Shown here one piece after another: positions 26,330 through 32,000 of a DNA stretch of 32,000 nt. The notes beneath the pieces were generated by a model. That model did no database searches. It had not been told where the DNA came from and saw only the letters and a program-made list of their open reading frames with translations. The position numbers were made by a program, and so were the translations under genes. Source of the DNA: Candidatus Hermodarchaeota archaeon (GTDB lineage: Archaea; Asgardarchaeota; Heimdallarchaeia; Hodarchaeales; Hodarchaeaceae); NCBI GenBank assembly GCA_048886185.1, contig JBHLKY010000013.1, forward strand, positions 60,001 through 92,000, given 5' to 3'. Numbering within the stretch: position 1 is the stretch's first letter; each line of letters starts with the position of its first letter.

Positions 26330-29149
26330 TCAATCCCAGTATTCGCGGGTACGTGCAAAATCTGCTTCGTGTTTGTATATTAATGCCAAAAGATCTTCCG
26401 AATCTTTCTGAGGTGCTCTGAGAATTCTGACCGCAGTAGTTGGACCAATACCTCGTCCCGCTAAAACGAAAGCAGCTTTCTTTCCAAAAGATAATATTAA
26501 ATCGGCCGACTTCTTTGCAGTATTCAGTGTTTTTTTCTCCTCTCGGGATAATTTTTTATTGTTTGTGATAGATTTCTTTAATAATCCTTTAATTCCTGTT
26601 TTATTTTGATGAGTGACCGCTATAAAGCGAGAGCTACATTTAGGACACTGAATGTCTTCCTTTAAACTTTCTACGCGCTGCACTTTCTCGAATTTGCAAT
26701 CAGGTCGCATACATACTAATCTAATCCAAGTATTTCTGATTCTTTTCTCCACCTTCTCAAGAATAATGTGTGAAGGTCTAATTTTTAGAACATTCAAAGA
26801 GATTGGCTGGGTTGCTGCAAATGAAAGCGGTGTTTCAAATCGCTTGACAGGGATTTCTTCAATGGTTATTATTCCCTTGTGGAGTTGATTGAAGAATTCA
26901 ACTACGGCGTCAACGTCCATTTTTTCAAAAAGGATTTCATTAATAGTCTCTTCCCCAATGATCGTATCCTGATAACGTGAGACTATTAACCTTGTCATCA
27001 TTGGCGAACTTTCTGCATCTTCAGAAATAGCTCCAAATCGCTTAGCTACCTGACGAATACGCCATGCGAATAAGTCGCTGTTACCAATTCTATGTTTCAA
27101 TAGGGGGGGAATGTGTTCCGCTTCAATTGAATCGAGAATTTGTTTCAAATCTGCGGGCCGTGGTAAAGAAAGAAAAATCGAATAAGGATCAGATCGAAAT
27201 TCTACAGAATGTCCTTGTTTTGCGCCAATAATAGAAGAAACTAGTAATGCTAGAGTTTCATTACCTTTTGACCCTAGGAAACTATGAATCACTAATTGCC
27301 TTCCTGCTGTTTCAACCAAAATCTTATTCTTTGTAGGGACAATTCCTAATTTTTTATGGTCTTCGATAATCTTGAGTAATTCCCTTTTTATCGGAGATGG
27401 TTTCATCTCATTAAGGGAATTATATTCAAAAAATCTTTTTGCTGATTCCGTAACCATCTGAGAAACTGGAATTAACTCTCCTTCCCATGTAGGTATTGCT
27501 GCTTCTGTTAATCCTTTTACCTGTCGAACCTCAATTCGATCTTCTTTTTGAGCTAAAAATTCCCACGGAAGGCCATTTAGAATAAAAATTGCCCCTTTCT
27601 CCCCTCTAGTTGATACAAAAGCTTCGTCTAAGTGTCCGACCCTACTTTGTCTTCCTATATCAATAACCACATAATTTTTTTTAGTTGGAATGCTACTCAG
27701 GTTTGTATAATAATATTGATAGGCTTTTCGTTTAGCTTTTAAAGAGATAATTCCTGTGTCTGGATCCTTATTTATATAAAAGAAGTTATTCTCTCGACCA
27801 AAATTTAATAGCGGTAATAGATCTTGAGAAGAGAACTCATTAAATGCAAATGTATTTCTAATTATTTTCATTATAGTATTTATTTTTGTTTCGCCAAAGT
27901 CTAATAAAATTCCTATAATACTATGAAAGAGAATATCTAACGCATAAGGATGTAAATTAGTTGGTTCAACTATCTCCTTCCAAACACATTGTTGGATTGT
28001 ATATGATTCTAAAAGGTCTCGTGGAGTCTCCGTAATAATTATTCCTCGACTTGTACGATCTAAACCATGTCCTGCTCTTCCTACTCTTTGAATTAGAGTC
28101 TCTATTCTTCTAGGACTCATATATTGAATTACTAAATTAACTGCTCCGATATCAATTCCCAGTTCAAGGGAAGAGGTAGCAATAATTAGTTCTAAGTTTC
28201 CTTCTCTTACTTCTGTCTCCGCTTTTAATCGATATTGAGCTGAGAGGCTTGAATGATGGACCTCGAAGTTGATTCGATCCTCCTTTTCAACATTTTCATT
28301 ATAACGATTGAATCGATATCCAAGAATCTCTGCTTGCTGGCGTGTATTAGTAAAAAGTAACACTGTTCCTGATTCTCTTTTTATAATTTCAACAATTCTA
28401 AAAAATCGTGCTGCTGCTTCTTCAGTGGTTTGTAGTGTTTTTGTGAATTCATGAAGAGTTGGAGATAACTTTGTTGGGAATTCAACTGTAAGTTGTAACT
28501 GTTTTAAAGATGGAATTTCAACAATCTTACGATTAGTACTATTTTGTGCAAGAAAATCCAGTACCCTTTCAGGATTCCCCAGAGTTGCTGAAAGGCCTAT
28601 TCTCTGGATTCTTCTTTCTGTTCGAATTGAAAGACGTTCCAGGGCAAGGGAAAGTTGAACTCCTCTTTTAGTTTCAACTAATTCATGGATTTCATCAATA
28701 ACTACTGTTTGAACATTTTTAAGATGTTTTCGTCCAAGAATTTTCGCAGGTAATAATGCTTGAAACAATTCAGGAGTCATGATTAAAATTTGTGGAGGAT
28801 TTTTGGTTTGTCTTCTTCTTTCTGCGCTTGTAGTGTCTCCATGACGTACAGCTATAGATACTCCCAGTTTTTCTCCCAATGATGGCAATACTCGACGAAA
28901 AATATCTCGATTTAGGGCTTTTAAAGGAGTGATTACGATGGTACCAAGTGGTAATGATTTTTCAGTAAGAATTCGATGGAAACAAGCGATCATAGTACCG
29001 AAGGTTTTTCCCGATCCAGTACTCGCAACAACTAAAACGTCATCCTGAGCGATGATAGCTTCAAGATATTCCATTTGGCCAGGAGTTGGTGAGAGACCGA
29101 GTTCATCTAAAACCTTTTGAAGCCGAGGATTTAAAATATCGAAGGACAC
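26330..29149 (-). CDS. lhr: Lhr-family SF2 helicase with C-terminal Cys4 motif and HhH-like tail
   Basis: PTPGQ Q-motif, STGSGKT, TPLKALNRD, RHGDT, DEIH, SATLGN, HHSSLS, SSLELGIDIG, QRVGRAGH; CMRPDC...CPKC; GRGIGPTTA. Confidence 0.93.
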   Translation of the reverse strand: MSFDILNPRLQKVLDELGLSPTPGQMEYLEAIIAQDDVLVVASTGSGKTFGTMIACFHRILTEKSLPLGTIVITPLKALNRDIFRRVLPSLGEKLGVSIAVRHGDTTSAERRRQTKNPPQILIMTPELFQALLPAKILGRKHLKNVQTVVIDEIHELVETKRGVQLSLALERLSIRTERRIQRIGLSATLGNPERVLDFLAQNSTNRKIVEIPSLKQLQLTVEFPTKLSPTLHEFTKTLQTTEEAAARFFRIVEIIKRESGTVLLFTNTRQQAEILGYRFNRYNENVEKEDRINFEVHHSSLSAQYRLKAETEVREGNLELIIATSSLELGIDIGAVNLVIQYMSPRRIETLIQRVGRAGHGLDRTSRGIIITETPRDLLESYTIQQCVWKEIVEPTNLHPYALDILFHSIIGILLDFGETKINTIMKIIRNTFAFNEFSSQDLLPLLNFGRENNFFYINKDPDTGIISLKAKRKAYQYYYTNLSSIPTKKNYVVIDIGRQSRVGHLDEAFVSTRGEKGAIFILNGLPWEFLAQKEDRIEVRQVKGLTEAAIPTWEGELIPVSQMVTESAKRFFEYNSLNEMKPSPIKRELLKIIEDHKKLGIVPTKNKILVETAGRQLVIHSFLGSKGNETLALLVSSIIGAKQGHSVEFRSDPYSIFLSLPRPADLKQILDSIEAEHIPPLLKHRIGNSDLFAWRIRQVAKRFGAISEDAESSPMMTRLIVSRYQDTIIGEETINEILFEKMDVDAVVEFFNQLHKGIITIEEIPVKRFETPLSFAATQPISLNVLKIRPSHIILEKVEKRIRNTWIRLVCMRPDCKFEKVQRVESLKEDIQCPKCSSRFIAVTHQNKTGIKGLLKKSITNNKKLSREEKKTLNTAKKSADLILSFGKKAAFVLAGRGIGPTTAVRILRAPQKDSEDLLALIYKHEADFARTREYWD

Positions 29150-29192
29150 GAAACATAATCATCCTTTTATCTGAAAAACAAAAAAAAAGACG

Positions 29193-29200
29193 CTTATAAA
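29193..29200 (-). promoter_or_regulatory. Candidate archaeal TATA box for lhr
   Basis: TTTATAAG on the minus strand, 43 nt upstream of the GTG start, with AGGATGA RBS between. AT-rich context lowers specificity. Confidence 0.3.
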
Positions 29201-29635
29201 TGGTCAAACACTATCAATTATACGATATCGAATTATATATTCAATTCTTTCTGATGAGTAATTTATGTATGAAAACAGTCTAAATCTAAGAAAAAGCAAA
29301 ATTTTCTTTCGTACAACTTTTGATATATCATTTACTCATTAATCACACTATTTAAGGGGTGATAGCTAACAATTTCTACTTATCTGGAATTTAAAACACA
29401 GAAATAATGAGTATTCAAGTATATTGAAATTCGAATACTTAATAAAATATCTTTAACCATTAACCATATTCTTAAAAAAAAATGAAACTTTTATTTAAAT
29501 AGTAGTTTTTTTTAAAAAATGTCACTTTTCTTAACTCACATTACGACAAAACTAAGTAGAAATGAACTGTTTTAATTCTAGGAATCATTTACAATTATTA
29601 TTAATATATGAAATCTTATTTTATGGTGTTGCATC

Positions 29636-30562
29636 TTGCAAGAACTTGATATCAGTAAAAATGTAGAGAAGATTTCAAAAAGAATTATTCATTTTATTGA
29701 AACCTCCAAAGAAGAACGAGGAGTTGAAGGGGTACTAGTTCTGTTTTCTGGATATATGGACTCTACTGTCGTTTCTAAGTTAACATTAGAAGCATTAAGT
29801 CATGATAATGTAAAATTACTTATTCGTGCTAACAGATATTTTGAACAACAGGACGATATTCTTAAAGCTTCAATTGAATTTTTAGGAGTCTCGGAAAAAG
29901 ATATTCTGCGATGTGACATAGAACCAATGCTTAGGAATTTTGGATCAAAAGATCTTATACCTGGCTCTCTTAGAGATATTCCTTCACTCTACCAGCCTTT
30001 AAGCTATTCGTTGTTGAAGAGTACTGCTAAGAAGGAAATTGAGGGGAAAACTTATGAAATGGTAGGAGAAACAAGCTCTGAGAGAGAAAGGTGGATTAAT
30101 AAGACTATAGCTCATAATAAACTTCGATCTCGGTTGCAAATGGCTGTTGCATACTTTTTAGCAGAAACAGAAAATCTCTATCTTGTTGGTACAATAAATA
30201 AAACTGAACTTTCAACAGGCCTATTTACAAAATGGGGACATGGACATTGTGCTGATTTAATGCCTCTTGGAAATCTTTATCGGTCTCAAATTCTACAACT
30301 AGCAGAATATCTTCAAATTCCAGAATCTATCAAAAATCTGTCAAAAGCTGATCTGATGCCTGGCGTGAAAAATAAATACATGTATTTTTTTGACCTTCCA
30401 GCTTTCGATGTTGATAGAATTTTGATTCGTCTTGAACAGGGCATTTCTACAACAGATATAAGTAGTGCTATTGGTGTACCAATTGATTTAATAGAAAGAA
30501 TTAATACGTACTACAATTCTGCTGCTTACACAAGGCAGGCTCCCCTCATACCCAAGTTCTGA
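29636..30562 (+). CDS. NAD synthetase-like protein with degenerate catalytic motifs (second NadE paralog)
   Basis: Collinear with NadE (GVLVLFSGYMDS, RSRLQM, GTINKTE, GLFTKWGH, DLMPLGNLYRS, LAEYLQIP, ADL, DRIL) but with many key substitutions; TTG start after GGTG. Confidence 0.8.
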   Translation: MQELDISKNVEKISKRIIHFIETSKEERGVEGVLVLFSGYMDSTVVSKLTLEALSHDNVKLLIRANRYFEQQDDILKASIEFLGVSEKDILRCDIEPMLRNFGSKDLIPGSLRDIPSLYQPLSYSLLKSTAKKEIEGKTYEMVGETSSERERWINKTIAHNKLRSRLQMAVAYFLAETENLYLVGTINKTELSTGLFTKWGHGHCADLMPLGNLYRSQILQLAEYLQIPESIKNLSKADLMPGVKNKYMYFFDLPAFDVDRILIRLEQGISTTDISSAIGVPIDLIERINTYYNSAAYTRQAPLIPKF

Positions 30563-30611
30563 CGTCGTACTTGAGTTATATGTAGAATTAAGTTTCATGA
30601 AGAAGACTGGT

Positions 30612-30779
30612 TTATAAATAATCTACTAGAGGGGCGTTAATATTAAATTCTGAAATGATTTCTTGGATTATGAATGAAATCGGCTTTTTCTGAGCAATTC
30701 TTCCTTGGGGAGGTCTTGGAATTTTGTTATCCACCAGGATAATCTTAATATAGTCAATCATTTCCATGTTGCGGAACAT
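30612..30779 (-). CDS. Possible 55-aa ORF translationally coupled to the GNAT gene
   Basis: ATG overlaps the GNAT stop (TAATG); MFRNMEMIDYIKIILVDNKIPRPPQGRIAQKKPISFIIQEIISEFNINAPLVDYL. Below the ORF-track cutoff; no family recognised. Confidence 0.3.
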   Translation of the reverse strand: MFRNMEMIDYIKIILVDNKIPRPPQGRIAQKKPISFIIQEIISEFNINAPLVDYL

Positions 30780-31570
30780 TAATCGTCATTTCTACAATAA
30801 AAAATTGAAACAGGTTTATAGTGAAAGAAACCTATTTTCTTATAGAGATTAATAGCAGGACGGTTATTTTGAGTAACAAATAAGGTTGCAAAGGATTTTT
30901 TCTTTAGGATTTCTCTTGTAATTGTTGAGGCCAAAGTTATCCCCATTGAATTTCGCCGAAACTCAGGCAACACTAAGATATTCCCTAATTGGGCTGCATC
31001 TGAAGTTTCAAAATGCGTTCCTCCACAGGCAATGATTTTATCCTCTAGCTTGTTATAAAAATAGAAATTACTTTCTAATTGGATAGGATTCCAAGGAAGA
31101 GTTTTATTAGATTTATAAAAACTATCTACACAGGAAAAATCTCCTTCTCTTACTTGTTTAAATTTATGACTTGAGAAATGAGGACGAAATTTGGATTGAT
31201 TCGAAATCATGCAGTATTCTGAATGCGTTTCCGTAACAGTGAAATAATCGTTCAAATCGCTTTCTTTTAGAATGAAAGAAACTAACATGAACTCCTTTGG
31301 AAGAGTTTGATATAGATTGGAGAGAATAATTGCTTCATTGTCTAAAACATTGTTTGGAAGGATAACAGAAGGATTCTCAAAACCTTGAAAAACAGTGTAA
31401 AATGAAATTAAATTATTATTATCAAAAATACCATAGATATCTGTAAGCTTTATGCAGGGAAGAAACAAATCGCCTAAGAGTACGATATTTTCAAAATAAT
31501 CAGCCTTAGCAATGTCAGTGCACCTATCTATCAAATTTTGATTAGTTTTCGGGATGAGATTGATTTTCAA
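30779..31570 (-). CDS. GNAT-family N-acetyltransferase (C-terminal GNAT domain)
   Basis: LGNILVLPEFRRNSMG acetyl-CoA motif A, NRPAINLYKKIGF motif B; extra N-terminal domain. Confidence 0.88.
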   Translation of the reverse strand: MKINLIPKTNQNLIDRCTDIAKADYFENIVLLGDLFLPCIKLTDIYGIFDNNNLISFYTVFQGFENPSVILPNNVLDNEAIILSNLYQTLPKEFMLVSFILKESDLNDYFTVTETHSEYCMISNQSKFRPHFSSHKFKQVREGDFSCVDSFYKSNKTLPWNPIQLESNFYFYNKLEDKIIACGGTHFETSDAAQLGNILVLPEFRRNSMGITLASTITREILKKKSFATLFVTQNNRPAINLYKKIGFFHYKPVSIFYCRNDD

Positions 31571-31672
31571 CCTAAAACATCCAATAAATGGTGGTTTGAA
31601 TGCATTTATGTCCTAATCTCCTAAATTGAAAAACCCTCCTTTTAAAAGAATAATTCAGATAACATCAATATC

Positions 31673-32000
31673 ATGATAAACCTACGAAATTTAGGCTGGA
31701 ACTGTGGTAATTATGAACCTGGCCGAGAAAATTCTATAATTGATGTTCCTGGAGTTAGAATTGGTCATAATACTATCATTAAAGGAGAAGGTGAACTAGT
31801 ACCAGGAAAAGGGCCAATTAGAACGGGTGTAACCGTGATTCTTCCACATGAAGGAACAATATTCAAAGAGAAAGTATCTGCAGGTGTTTTCGTTGCAAAT
31901 GGGTTTGGTAAAGCAACTGGTATTCCCCAAATCCTTGAAACAGGAGTAATAGAAACACCAATTGCCATAACAAACACATTGAATGTGGGATTGGTTTTTG
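31673..32000 (+). CDS. DmpA/peptidase S58 family aminopeptidase; 3'-partial, not in the ORF track
   Basis: Manual translation from ATG 31673: MINLRNLGWNCGNYEPGRENSIIDVPGVRIGHNTIIKGEGELVPGKGPIRTGVTVILPHEGTIFKEKVSAGVFVANGFGKATG...ETPIAITNTLNVG, the typical DmpA N-terminus. No stop before the window end. Confidence 0.9.
   Translation, partial: MINLRNLGWNCGNYEPGRENSIIDVPGVRIGHNTIIKGEGELVPGKGPIRTGVTVILPHEGTIFKEKVSAGVFVANGFGKATGIPQILETGVIETPIAITNTLNVGLVF

Noticed and set aside
20063-26888. ORFs 20063-20269, 20286-20489, 20923-21114, 21197-21394, 22836-23093, 23520-23723, 23930-24175, 26652-26888
   Set aside because: Shadows or off-frame overlaps; the first two lie in the unresolved region and have no support of their own.
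29150-29635. AT-rich gap as ncRNA, CRISPR or origin; 7-bp inverted repeat at 29410-29439
   Set aside because: No repeat-spacer pattern, tRNA fold or ORB-like motif recognised; short AT-rich inverted repeats are expected by chance. Most simply a divergent promoter region.
31765-31977. 70-aa minus-strand ORF
   Set aside because: Antisense to the clear DmpA/S58 peptidase starting at 31673.

Overview
AT-rich, gene-dense archaeal chromosomal window. Lineage is inferred as Asgard archaea, possibly Heimdallarchaeia, from a Roadblock/LAMTOR-fold gene, archaeal-type Lhr, COG1407-like and COG2413-like genes, and GGTGA/GGAGGTGA ribosome-binding sites. Left to right: a partial TPR-like gene; a flotillin/SPFH + short NfeD pair (minus); a co-directional run of split methylcrotonyl-CoA carboxylase (BC, BT-BCCP, beta), LiuC-like hydratase, alpha/beta hydrolase, YdjC deacetylase, nitrilase-type glutaminase and NadE; a short AlaRS and a type-2 IleRS (minus); Roadblock protein + inositol monophosphatase; an HTH regulator; a small membrane protein; an unresolved ~0.9 kb stretch of ORF fragments; a PIG-L deacetylase; a small CxxC protein; an ABC-2 exporter; nucleotidyltransferase + metallophosphoesterase converging on Lhr; a second, motif-degenerate NadE paralog; a GNAT; and a partial DmpA/S58 peptidase missing from the ORF track. 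I saw no tRNA, rRNA, CRISPR array or recognisable mobile element. Best leads: the degenerate NadE paralog near an apparently two-subunit glutamine-dependent NAD synthetase; an AlaRS lacking both C-Ala and the G3:U70-reading Asp; a duplicated BT-hook motif in the split carboxylase; a GNQD phosphoesterase in an NTase/Lhr cluster; a hexad His/Asp repeat in NfeD; and a probable CTG start codon. All family calls come from motifs recognised by eye; no searches were run.
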